From: Negaprion brevirostris
Lineage: Eukaryota
NCBI GenBank assembly: GCA_030324005.1
Contig: JARDVH010000106.1
Coordinates: 50,873,474-50,937,473, forward strand
Direction: 5' to 3'
DNA: 64,000 bases
Part shown: positions 1 to 11,944 of the stretch, piece by piece
Layout: the number at the start of each line of letters is the position of its first letter
How positions within the stretch are numbered: position 1 is the stretch's first letter
Translations under genes and position numbers: made by a program
Notes under the pieces: generated by a model
Database searches by the model: none
Told to the model about the DNA's origin: nothing
Seen by the model: only the letters and a program-made list of their open reading frames with translations

Positions 1-297
1 TATCTGACGGAGCGTATTACCCAGGCCCATCCCTCTGCCCCATTCCCTTAACCCCATACATTTAACCCATTAATCACCCAACCTACGCATCTAGGGACAC
101 TAAAGAGCAATTTAGCATGGCCAATCCATCAAACCTGCACATCTTTGGAGTGTGGAAGGAAACCGGAATACCCAGGGGAAACGTATGTAGACACAGGAAG
201 AATATGCAAACTCTACACAATCACCCAAAGGCAGAAGTAAACCCAGGTCCCTGGTGCTTGAGGCAGCAGTGTTAACTATTGTGCCACTGTGTCATCT
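1..297 (-). mobile_element. HE1-type (V-SINE) tRNA-derived SINE
   Basis: Reverse complement of the head gtggcaca..gttaacactgctgcctca..ccagggacctgggtt and of the V-domain ggtttccttccacactccaaagatgtgcagg; same family as 36091 and 51865. Confidence 0.85.
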
Positions 298-549
298 AAA
301 TAACAAATTTCTAAATTTTAGAGCTGAGTTTTTCTCAATAATATTTTGTGGGTCAACATTGTTGCTGAATTTAATCTTATTCAGGTAAAGGGACAGCAAC
401 TGTCACTGCATCGTTAAAAGTCAACAGACATTGTGCAACCAGGTAGGCACCTTAGATATGGGTGCTTGTTGGAAATGAATCAATCTTGTAACTGCTCCCC
501 CCCCCACTAATAGCACTGTTTTAGTTATACTATTCAATGCAACACATAC

Positions 550-751
550 GTGTCGTAGACATTGAGGAAATATATTCACTCTTAGGACACTGAGCAAATC
601 ATCACNNNNNNNNNNNNNNNNNNNNNNNNNNNNNNNNNNNNNNNNNNNNNNNNNNNNNNNNNNNNNNNNNNNNNNNNNNNNNNNNNNNNNNNNNNNNNNN
701 NNNNNNNNNNNNNAAAGGCCTCACAAGCACTTGGCAGAGAGAGAAGATCCA
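550..751 (-). CDS. DMD: Dystrophin exon equivalent to human exon 65 (EF-hand region; LDLLSLPSACEAF...gap...LNVYDT), partly N and partly corrupted
   Basis: Acceptor tttctccacag|TGGATCTTCTC at 751 and ...CTCAATGTCTACGACAC|gtatgt at 550 span exactly 202 nt. Positions 606-713 are N, and 567-605 does not match the expected peptide. Confidence 0.9.
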
Positions 752-896
752 CTGTGGAGAAATAGAACAAACACATTAAAATTATGTTTGATTTTTGGAC
801 AGGATTCCCAATAGCCAAATCAGTAAGATGGCATCACTTTGCTGCAAATCATCCTGCATATGATTACCTTGTAATACATTCTGAAGCAGTATAAAA

Positions 897-1644
897 CTAT
901 TCAGCGTCAATCCTCCTTTCAACGTTGCAAACCAGAAATACTTTATTCATCAATAAAACAAGTAATGTTTGCGGAGGAAGCAGAAGCATCAGCACACACG
1001 CCCCTTTCTTCACTTGAATAACATACAAACTTACAATACATAGGCTGAAAAATTCAAAGCAAAGATTTACTCTAATGCAGGCTGTGACTATCAGCAGCAA
1101 AAATCCCACTGCAGATACAGGTTGCGAGATTAAGTGACAAAATACCAGTGCAGGTACAGACTATGAATCTTAGTAATAAAACCCAACCAGAAATTCAAAT
1201 TATGAATATAAGCAACAAAATGCATTGTCAAGCTGTGAAATTTTATGAACTGATCAACCCTCGGTTCAATACCTTATCCCTCAAAAATATGCATTCCTCC
1301 AACACAAATGACTGCTTATTCACTGTTGTAAACGCATGGTGCATTTCGGCAGTATCTTTGTTCTTGTTGTCACTAATTTGTTGCTGTCGCTATCGCTATA
1401 TTCTGCTGAAGCACCCTACGGTACATTTTAGTAGGTTCGTAAACATGAAGATATGAATGATAATATGATTTCACAAAAATGGCGCCTGGATGACGTCACG
1501 ATGACCTGATGACGTTGAACAAAATGCTTGCACTTGACCTTGATAAGCCTGATGACTGAATAACATTTGATGAAAATTGAGCGAGCCGAATTTGAGCAAT
1601 CACGCTCACAAAAAAGTGGTGGGAAAATAAAAATAAAAAAAAGT
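897..1644. mobile_element. CpG-intact non-coding element, possibly a Helentron-associated non-autonomous (HINE-like) transposon; runs into a gap
   Basis: About 19 CpG in about 750 nt of AT-rich DNA. The motifs tgaccttga...tttgatgaaaattgagcgagc...ttgagcaatcacgctcacaaaaaa followed by an A-rich tract resemble HINE-like elements as I recall them. Confidence 0.35.
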
Positions 1645-2244
1645 NNNNNNNNNNNNNNNNNNNNNNNNNNNNNNNNNNNNNNNNNNNNNNNNNNNNNNNN
1701 NNNNNNNNNNNNNNNNNNNNNNNNNNNNNNNNNNNNNNNNNNNNNNNNNNNNNNNNNNNNNNNNNNNNNNNNNNNNNNNNNNNNNNNNNNNNNNNNNNNN
1801 NNNNNNNNNNNNNNNNNNNNNNNNNNNNNNNNNNNNNNNNNNNNNNNNNNNNNNNNNNNNNNNNNNNNNNNNNNNNNNNNNNNNNNNNNNNNNNNNNNNN
1901 NNNNNNNNNNNNNNNNNNNNNNNNNNNNNNNNNNNNNNNNNNNNNNNNNNNNNNNNNNNNNNNNNNNNNNNNNNNNNNNNNNNNNNNNNNNNNNNNNNNN
2001 NNNNNNNNNNNNNNNNNNNNNNNNNNNNNNNNNNNNNNNNNNNNNNNNNNNNNNNNNNNNNNNNNNNNNNNNNNNNNNNNNNNNNNNNNNNNNNNNNNNN
2101 NNNNNNNNNNNNNNNNNNNNNNNNNNNNNNNNNNNNNNNNNNNNNNNNNNNNNNNNNNNNNNNNNNNNNNNNNNNNNNNNNNNNNNNNNNNNNNNNNNNN
2201 NNNNNNNNNNNNNNNNNNNNNNNNNNNNNNNNNNNNNNNNNNNN

Positions 2245-2395
2245 TCTGATATCTTTCTAGTGGTAACTGGATTAAAACTCGATGAGAAAAATGTGCAGGT
2301 CCAAGGGGTTAAAATAGGGCAGTGGAACTAATTGGATATGTCGTTCAAGAGCCAGCACCAACATGATGGGCTGAATCAACTCCTATTGCATTCTA
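2245..2395 (+). mobile_element. CR1 LINE 3' end fragment
   Basis: gggcagtggaactaattggata...gagccagcaccaacatgatgggctgaatcaactcct, a typical CR1 3'UTR. Confidence 0.6.
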
Positions 2396-3327
2396 GTGAC
2401 ATGCCAACTAGTTACAGGAAGCAGCAGCTTAAGTCTAATTTAAAGACAGTTTTAGGAACAACGCATTCTACCTGAAAAAGTCCTCAACATAATGAAATGT
2501 TCCTATAAGTAACCCTGGCACAAGGATTTGTTTGTTAACTGTTTCTTCGCGGAACACAGTAGTACGGTAAGGTCAGTAAATTTTGAAATACAGCCAAAGT
2601 CTTATACAAGTTTGCAACAACAGCAGGTCAAAAAGTCTCAAGCTCAAGTAAAGAAGTGGCAGGTTTAATTCACACCTGTTAAAAAAAATGGAACAGTAAT
2701 ATATTTGCACAGAAAACAATGATCTTGAGTGACCTGCAAGTCTTTCTACTAACACATGTCACAGCGTATTAGCTAAATGATACATGTTCCTCTAGATGCA
2801 CAGGAATCAAGGACAAGCCTTTGCAAAAGTCATTCTGATATGTATTTTGTTGCCAAGGTATTGGTTATTTTTTGTTCCTTTAACAGATATAAATTAGAAG
2901 CAACCTACTTCAAGTGAAACACATTATTTAATTAGTTGAGTCACCTTTACAAAGCTCCTCTTTCAAGGGGTCAACTACATAATTTGCAAGCAAACACAAC
3001 TTTAACTATATCAAGTTGCATGTCTTGTCAGGCATCAGAATTCAACAAACTATTTGTTACAACCGCTCCCACAAGAGACTGATGAACAACAGTTCTCTTA
3101 ATATCAATTTATTTGTGGAATTGCAAAGGTACTACCAGCACAACAGCACTTCTAGCTGTGGGATAACAAGTAATAGTGAGGACCCCTTGAGGAAAGTAAT
3201 CAATAACAGCTAATTGATTTCTTCAAGCAGTTTAATTAGAGACAAAGCTCCAATCTAAATGGACCAAACTTTGTAAAGACATACACAACTACTTCAGAAT
3301 ACATGCATACTCCAAACTGATATAACA

Positions 3328-3947
3328 GGCGGAATTTCCAAAAAAATGGCAAAATATCAGATTCCGACTGAGAACTAGCATGTTTCTCTTCAGAAACACA
3401 GTTAGGTTCGAGAGGTTGTGGTTTGCAATGTCACTCGGGCCCGAAAGAGATGCCAAGACCAGTTTCACAGAGATAGCAGCCTAATTTGCAATTGCTCCCC
3501 CCTCACCACAGAAATATCAGGGGTCACTCCCCCACCCATGCTGTTGCCAACACGCACCCCTACCACACAAGGGAATTCCCCTCCCTGTTATAGGAGAGGG
3601 AACTCTCTGGCACTGCCCACCTCAGTGCACCTTGGCACTGCCAGGAGACAAATTCCAGCCTTGGCCCTCAACCCCCCAGTTGCATTTCACGCTGTTCTGA
3701 TATCACACAATCATGGACGCATTGTGTGATACGGGGAATGATTCCAGTGTATGAGCCAATAATGAGATACTAATTTACTATATTGGTTCCCGATATTGAA
3801 CAGCAGGAAACGCGGTCCATTACTGATAGGGATGGAGGGACGATTCTTTCTGTTTCAATGTGGAAGTGAAAGGTGACTTTGGCGTGATATTTTCTGCTCT
3901 CATTGCCAAACCCACCCAACTCCTGAACAGGAGTGGAAAATCCCAGG
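3328..3947. mobile_element. Degenerate GC-rich non-autonomous DNA transposon (MITE-like)
   Basis: Starts ggcggaatttcc and ends near ggaaaatcccag. The internal ggcactgcccac..gtgcaccttggcactgcca motif is shared with 50030-50100. Confidence 0.45.
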
Positions 3948-4911
3948 CTTGGACTTCATGGATAAGTACTTGTGATGCAATATTTATTCATGTTCACGAA
4001 ATTGCCCAGGACACATTGTGGGCTTGTTGCTTGTAAGATAGACACGAGCCTCATTTGCTTAATTAAAACTCTTGACATACAAATCGTCCACAAATATCTT
4101 CTTGCTCGCAACTTTGATCAACCTGCTATGCTAAACTTTATTGATTAATTATGTAAAAAGTTTTTAATCCTTTTAAGGCTACCAACAGATAAACTCTTTC
4201 TACAAATGAGTACTGAGTCTTGTTATATTGTAGTTATTGACTGTGGGTAATACACTATGGTGTAACCTCAGCATGTTGAAACTTAAATTGTCAAATCTCA
4301 TCATTTAAGCTGATGAATAATGGCCACTTCAACGTAATGGAGGATAGCTAGTATAAACGAAACTGTTCTCCTGAAAAGAGTCAATGCACTCAGGAGGGAG
4401 ATAATTTGCTACGGTTTAGAAGAAACATTCCATCGCTGACATTGACCTCAACTGAGAAATGCATTCAAACCAAACTGCAATTACCAAAATTGTTTTTGCA
4501 TCAGCTTTTAACAGCCACCACATCATGACAAATTTTTTGTAGCAACTGCGGAGCACCGTAGTTTTATGGATAAATAACTGTTCTAATTTAGCTAGAAAAA
4601 CTTGATTAATGGTTGCTGTAAGATCAGAAGAAGTGCTATGATTTTTGCGAAGAGAAATCTGTCAATACTGGAAATTGCAGTTGATCTGTCCACATCTTGG
4701 ATAAAAACCCTTTATTCAGACTCCCAAACGAGTGACAAAAGGTTTCTTCTGGAAGCATTAGCCATACTTTTGTCTTTACAAATGCACATGGGCCACCTGA
4801 GTATTTGCAACATTTTCTACTTGTATTTTTGAGGAATATTAGTCAGCGTACAATATTTGGAGTGACCTTGGTTCAGTGATAACTTTCCTGCCTCTTAGAG
4901 TGCAGAGAGAA

Positions 4912-5030
4912 GGGGCTGGATTTTATGGCCTCTCTTGTCCCAAAACCGTAAAATCCTGTCCGACATCAGTTGACCTTTCCACGCTCCGCCCCACGCCTGT
5001 TCCAATTCCCATGGCGGGCAGGCCTGTTTT
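4912..5030. mobile_element. Short MITE (gggc-gga-tttt type termini)
   Basis: Similar to the short elements at 15148, 17205 and 62957. Confidence 0.5.
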
Positions 5031-5279
5031 GATCTCTGAATACTGGGTTGACATCCAGTGAGCTACTAAAAGGGAGCCAAGAGCTCCTTCTCCCTATTGT
5101 AGCCTTGATAAACAGGATTCCAATCTCCACATCCTGAATTGACATTCCATTTGTTCAACGTGAGTGTTGGCATCTCCATTCCTCCCCCATCAGATCTAGC
5201 CTATTTTCCTGGTATGGGCTGTGAGTCAGCCCAAAAATCTGACCACATAAAAGATCTTTGTTAGGAAACAGCCCAGAAC

Positions 5280-5860
5280 ATGATCTGCTGGAAGCAGTAT
5301 TGGCAGACTCAGAAGTCACACTTCAGCTATACAAATTCCTGGTTAGACCACACCTGGAGTACTATGAAGAGGTCCGGACACCACATCTTAGAGACATTAT
5401 ATTGGCCTTGGATCATGTGTAGACAAAAATTACAAGGATGATACCTGGACTCCTAAGTCCAATTTTCAGGAGAGATTACGCAAACTAGAATTGTAAAGTT
5501 TGATATTTAGGAAGTTAAGGGTTTGTTTGAATTTTTCAAGATATTATCGGGAACTGCGAGAGAAGACAGAGATAAATATGTTCTGCGGATTGGAGAATCT
5601 ATGGTGAGAGAGTATAGGCTAAAAACGAAGGGTCAGTTGTCTCAGGAGTGAAGTTTATAAAGGATAGTGGAGGTTTGGAACTTTTCCACAAGTGGCAGTT
5701 GATGCTGGGTCAACAGTTAATTTTGATCAGAGAATTACAATCTTTTGTTAACCAAAGGCATCAAAGGAACATGGGGAAAAGGTGGAAATGTGGAGTCAGG
5801 TAACAATTATGCCATGATCTCATTGAACGGTGGAACAGGCTTGAAGGGCTGAAAGGAACA
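5280..5860 (+). mobile_element. Degenerate CR1 LINE 3' region
   Basis: ggttagaccacacctggagtact..., ending gccatgatctcattgaacggtggaacaggcttgaagggctgaa. Confidence 0.8.
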
Positions 5861-5941
5861 GGAATAGCCAATGTTCTAAAAAATTTCCAAGTCTTTTGCA
5901 CTGCTTAGCAGAGGAGAGAAAGAAGTGAAGACAACACTTAC

Positions 5942-6016
5942 AGCAAAGAGCTTTCTGCAGTCTTCGTAGCTTCATGGCTGTTCTGTACGCAGAAAACCTT
6001 ACATTATTTAGGTCGG
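5942..6016 (-). CDS. DMD: Dystrophin exon equivalent to human exon 64 ([25 protein letters not shown])
   Basis: ttatcttcctacag|CCGACCTAAAT...GCTCTTTGCT|gtaagt; 75 nt; the peptide is the dystrophin exon 64 sequence. Confidence 0.98.
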
Positions 6017-8617
6017 CTGTAGGAAGATAATAATATTTTCAACAGAGTGTCTCAAAAGTAAATCTGTATTGTACTAAGCCATTTGAGTAGGTATACATTT
6101 CATTTCACACAATTTAAACATGATATGGTTATTTTGTAACTATAGCTTCATGAACTTACATTAGCTAAACTATAATAATGCTCAAAACCAAAAAAAGGGC
6201 CCTGAAACTACGCCATCAGCTATGAGCATATAAACACTTTCACCTGAAGGCATTTCTTATCATTTTATTTGAGGTAACAAACAAGTTGCCAACTCAAGTA
6301 AAATGATTGCGGAATGAATTTCACATAAATCTCTTTCACGCCAATATCAGATGCTCGAAATTCAGGACCTTGGGAAATAATGGATGAAGGAAATGGTGGC
6401 AAAATTCTAATATTGAAATCACATTTTATTTATAACTGTCATGTTAATTCCAAAGTGAGATTTCAGCCTTAAATGATTCATGGCTCATTATTTTCAAAGA
6501 CTATTTTCTAAGACTTAGAGGGATATTTGTCTCCCATTAACTCCCTTTCTTTTCCTTGTGCCTANNNNNGTTATGTGTGTGATCAGTGGTGCTCTTGTAG
6601 GGATTACAAATTTTACACATTCCTTGATATATTTATTCATCAATAATCTTAGTTCAATAAAATTTCAGTACGTAGGTGCTAATGTAATCATTGATTTTTA
6701 TTATCCAGCCATCTGGAATTTTGTCCAGAAATGTCCATTTTATAGACAGCAGTTACAGGCTACATACTAAATCAACTGCAGTTCATGGGTCTAATACCAT
6801 TCAATAGGAGTTCCACGCTTTAAAATAAAGTGCAATTCATTTCACAAATGTCATTTTGGGGCTGGCAGACCACAAGATTTCTCAATTGTACTCATTTTAC
6901 ACATTTTCTATCATAGATGCCTGCCAATTCACTGAGGTCATCAATTCCCCAAATCAGTAATTTGGACTGAAGTAGTTAATTTTAACATAATTTGGCTTGA
7001 TAAGAAAGTAGGATCTTCTTACCTTTATGAGGTAGTTCATTTGCAGGTGCAATTAAAATTTATTTTGTTTTTTTAACAATTAAAATGATACCCATCAAAA
7101 GGAACACTTGAACAGCTCTTAACGTCACATGACAGTGACTATCCATTGTAGTATAATTGAATGAAATTTTGTGTATAAAAATTAAGCAAATGGCCATGCA
7201 AACAATGAGTAGCATGCATTTTATTCAGTATTAGCTCTAGAGCTTGGTGAATGGATGAAAATGAAAAGATATTCATCTCCTGTCGACTACAAATCCATGT
7301 CAAACAACAGACTTGAGACAATAATCAAACTGTTTGCTCCCAAAAATGGCACAGGATTAAAAAGGGAAAGAGATAATATTTTCAAATTGACTTTTTATAA
7401 TCATGTGGATTGAACCATTCTATTTAAAATCAATGCTCATTGTTGTATTGATTGTACTTGGACAAGAATAAATGGTATTGTGGCACATTACTGTCTAACT
7501 TGAAGAAAAAATCTCGCTGGCATGCAAGATGGGTGCACGTTGCCTGTGAGCAAAAATCTTCTATAGTGTTCCAAAATATTCAGTTAGTATACTGGAGTCT
7601 TGATTATCTGTTTTCCTGCTTATCTTTGAGAATTTCTGCAGGAGAAAGCCTTGGGTGAAATACTGCATAGGCTACTTATGTTTCTTTTCTTACTTGGGTT
7701 TCATCTTTTCAATGTGAATAATGAAAGCATACAATGTTTCTTTTATTATTTTTGTATTGTATGTGTCTTTATTCCTGTTCCCAGAATATTGCCATGCTGT
7801 ACATTTAAGAACTAATTTTGGGGACTCCTTGTTCCAACTATTTACAAGGGAATCCTGTCATTATGGCAAATAAAGGAAGTTCTATTGTATGTTTTTGCTC
7901 CACAATATACACTATGAGTCAAAGTTCATAAAATTCAGTTTTAATTGTGGCAAAGCAAATTCTTACAAAAGCAGAGATTGCCCACAGAATTGAACAAGGA
8001 AGTATGGGAACGTGAGCTTAATTGGATATTAAAAGAAAAGTGCTAACACAGACTGAGCTAAATAAAGGCGAATAACACAAAAGATATTTCAAAATGTCTT
8101 GCCCTTTCCCTGACGAACCATCTGAAGTATTTACACTTTCTCAGTGAAACCTGCAGAGGCCTGCACGAGATGTGAATGAGGATTGCACACCACAATGCTA
8201 GCAGGAAACAGGGGCCCGTGGAAATAATGGTCTGAACTTAAAAAGAAAAATCCAAAGAGACCTAGAAATCTGTGCTGCCAGTAATTGACCACACGCAGCC
8301 TGCACTGCAATGCAAAGTGTGAATTGCTGCTTTGCATTGCATATGCTTTCACAAGAAATCCCTGTGTAACTACTATTAATTATGTCTGGCAAAAATTCAG
8401 CCTTTAATTGTACTGTGAAAATGGATGATAATAAAGATTCCTGTGGAATTGTAGAATACTAATCATTTTTGTAACTAATACCATGGGGTTAAAATGCCTT
8501 TGTTTCGATTTTTAAAACTTTCATCTTTTCAGCTAACCTTATTAATTCCAAAGCAGTTGAAATCATGGCCTGTCTCCAAGTACATTCCCAGGTCCTTTTC
8601 CCAAATGCTTCCTCTTA

Positions 8618-8953
<336 letters not shown>

Positions 8954-9669
8954 TCAACTTCTTTCCTTTTCACTTTGGCANNNNNNNNNNNNNNNNNNNN
9001 NNNNNNNNNNNNNNNNNNNNNNNNNNNNNNNNNNNNNNNNNNNNNNNNNNNNNNNNNNNNNNNNNNNNNNNNNNNNNNNNNNNNNNNNNNNNNNNNNNNN
9101 NNNNNNNNNNNNNNNNNNNNNNNNNNNNNNNNNNNNNNNNNNNNNNNNNNNNNNNNNNNNNNNNNNNNNNNNNNNNNNNNNNNNNNNNNNNNNNNNNNNN
9201 NNNNNNNNNNNNNNNNNNNNNNNNNNNNNNNNNNNNNNNNNNNNNNNNNNNNNNNNNNNNNNNNNNNNNNNNNNNNNNNNNNNNNNNNNNNNNNNNNNNN
9301 NNNNNNNNNNNNNNNNNNNNNNNNNNNNNNNNNNNNNNNNNNNNNNNNNNNNNNNNNNNNNNNNNNNNNNNNNNNNNNNNNNNNNNNAGCACTTCTTAGC
9401 GCTCCCCAAATCCACTTGAAAAGGACAACATACACAACCAAGAGGCGACAGGAAACAAAAGGAAGACTAGGGCTGGATCAAGGATGGGGTTGACAGACTC
9501 ACACACACATACAATTTTAATATAAAAAAATGTGCTGCTCAAGGTGCCCTGTTAGACTCGAGGGTTTTTTTCTCATCAAACAGGTTTCAACTGAATTAAT
9601 TCACACCTTTTGTTAGTAATGGGAAGCAGCGAAGAGTTAAAAACAGAAAATGATTTATCTTATTCAGAG

Positions 9670-10620
9670 TTCATTTACGGTTATATCCATCCGTCCAAAG
9701 GGCCATTGCTCCACAGAAACCAGTCAACCACCCCGGTCCTTGTTCACTGGTCTATCCCGAGTTCAAAACTTCTTTGTTGCCCTTTTAAACTTCCTTCTGC
9801 TCCAGCAGTTCCGAGACGGGTCGGGGCGGCATTAACTAAATCCTGCATCAAAACAACTACAGACGGATTCTTTGGTCGGCGAGATAGACAGAAGCACAAT
9901 CTCGGCTGCGCCCCACTTCCTCACCTGTCATTTTTTTTTACAACCTATAATCTCTGGCTCGCGGGGAAGATTCGTCCTTTCACAGACTGAAACCTGAAGC
10001 AGGATTGCACACTGCACACCTCCCAAGCACCTGTGATGGTCCCTTTGCTCAAGACGGCTGCACCTTGTCTACTTACACCATTCCGAAGTGGAAAGCAATC
10101 ACACCATCAAAGACTGTTAAAATTTAAAAAAAAAACCTGCACTGCCTTGTTACCAGCTAAAGTTACCGCAGTCGAGCGAGTGATGAATGAGTTTCCCTTC
10201 CACCTACCCCTTGAGCTGTTCCCTCATCGTGCCGAAGCAGTTAGTTCCAGAGCACGCTTCAAACTACCCTGTAAATAAAGATACGGGAGCACACCACATA
10301 CAAGTGGCAAAGAGAGAGAGAGAGAGAAAAGCAGGACTGAAGAATTGCTGCTGTGCTGATCACACACGAGGAGTGAGCCTGGAGATCAGCCGGGGAGGAG
10401 CTTCCTGACTCTAACCCTCCCTCCCCCTCAAAGCTCTGGCAGGGAGAGAGAAAAAAATGCAGCTTTCATTGTACATGGAGTTGGATTGAGGGGGAAGGAA
10501 GAGGGTGAGGACGCACAATGTACAGTTGTCACAGGAGGGCAGTTCTGAATTACACACAATGCTTCTCACCCGCTGGCTTTCTTCTCTAGCTCAGTGACAG
10601 GTTGAGAAATGATGTGTGAT
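9670..10620 (-). promoter_or_regulatory. Putative Dp71 promoter/5'UTR and CpG-rich island extending into the first Dp71 intron
   Basis: Locally high CpG density, GC/CT-box-like tracts (ccctccctccccct near 10415-10428, ggggcggc near 9823) and a (GA)n tract at 10311-10326, all surrounding the MREQLKG exon. The transcription start cannot be determined. Confidence 0.7.
10208..10227 (-). CDS. DMD: Coding part of the Dp71-specific first exon (MREQLKG)
   Basis: Minus strand reads acgATG AGG GAA CAG CTC AAG GG|gtaggt. This is the known mammalian Dp71 N-terminus. The phase-2 donor joins exon 63 in frame, and the site lies in intron 62. Confidence 0.95.
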
Positions 10621-11484
10621 TTTGCTCTTTTTTTTAGGGGATGGCACAGTGGCAATGCTAAGTGGCCAGACAGATACCCTAGCAGGTGTAGCACAGCCAA
10701 CAGCAGCAACCAGCTCTAAGGACCTTTGACCAGGTTCTCCTCCACCAATCATCAAAACCCCTTAAAGATTAATCATTTCTTTGCAGCGGACATAAGCTAG
10801 AAAATCATTCACTATTTACAACCTGCGGCGGGGAAGGGCGAATTATGAATAAAATACACGAGAATATCACTCACTCAAAGATTTAAAGGGAAACAGTTGC
10901 AAAGTGTCTCNNNNNNNNNNNNNNNNNNNNTCTCACAAAAATAGTGGAGCTGACAGCGCCGATCATTAACCTTTCCACTCTTATCAGCCCATTGATCTTG
11001 GGGAGAGCAAAGGGAGCATTCGCTTCCCTCAGTACTGACGGAGGTTAATCTGATCAGAGACCATTGTGCAATGTCAGGAATGCAAAGACAGTAAGGCGTG
11101 CAGTGCCATTCCAATACCTCCCCATCATTTAACTTCTCCTACACTACCAGCCCCTCCTCCTGTTTCCCAGTGAAAGGTGTGATTACACCAGATGTCTGTT
11201 AGTTTATCTCTGGCTGAAATGCTTTTCACGGAATAATTCAGGGTGAGTGACATGGAAAGCCTCAGCTGGTTGGCACCTGAAGAAGACAACCTGACATGCA
11301 CAGCTGAGCAACTAATGGCAAACACACGAAAATAAGAACCATTAACAAGGAAATGTTCGCACTGCACTTATATNNNNNNNNNNGCCCAACCGAGCAATCC
11401 AGTATATCTGAAGGCAGTTGATTGGGTTTTAATTAACATTTGCAAGTATCTGTCCCTTTAAAACCCGTTGATAGAGCACACAAT

Positions 11485-11628
11485 GAAAAACTGAAAATAC
11501 TGGAAAATTTCAGCAGGTCTGACAGGATCTGTGGAGGGAGAATAGAGCCTATGTTTCAAGTCAGGATGACCCTTCGTCAGCTCTGTTTTTGTTTCAGATT
11601 CCAGCATCTGCAGTATTTTGCCTTTATC
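11485..11628. mobile_element. Penelope-like element terminal fragment with a hammerhead-like core on the minus strand
   Basis: Same family as 49325-49427 and 54040-54165. Minus strand reads CTGACGA AGGGTCATCCTGACTT GAAAC. Confidence 0.65.
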
Positions 11629-11944
11629 TATACATATCCAATGTTCTGCATGGGGAAGAGAGAGCTGTATGGATTTCCACATGCAGGCTGCAAATATAGA
11701 GGAAATTCAAAACCAAAATGATTATCTACGTTTTTTTGTAGTCACCTTTATTCAGTTGAAAGCTTCAAAGTCACAGAGCAAGATTTTTGGGGCTGGTGAG
11801 GTTGGAAGCAGCATATAGAAAATATTGTTGATCATGCAAGTCATCACAACTAAAGTCAATCTAATCCCCATCCAACATTTAGACTTGTGCGCTTTTTAGT
11901 AAGATCATTGGGTAGCGACCAAAAACAAGCCACTTAGGTGATTT

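Noticed and set aside
9679-9706. ATG...AACC|gtaaat (MALWTDGYN) as another first exon
   Set aside because: The donor is weak and phase 1, so it cannot join exon 63 (phase 2) in frame.
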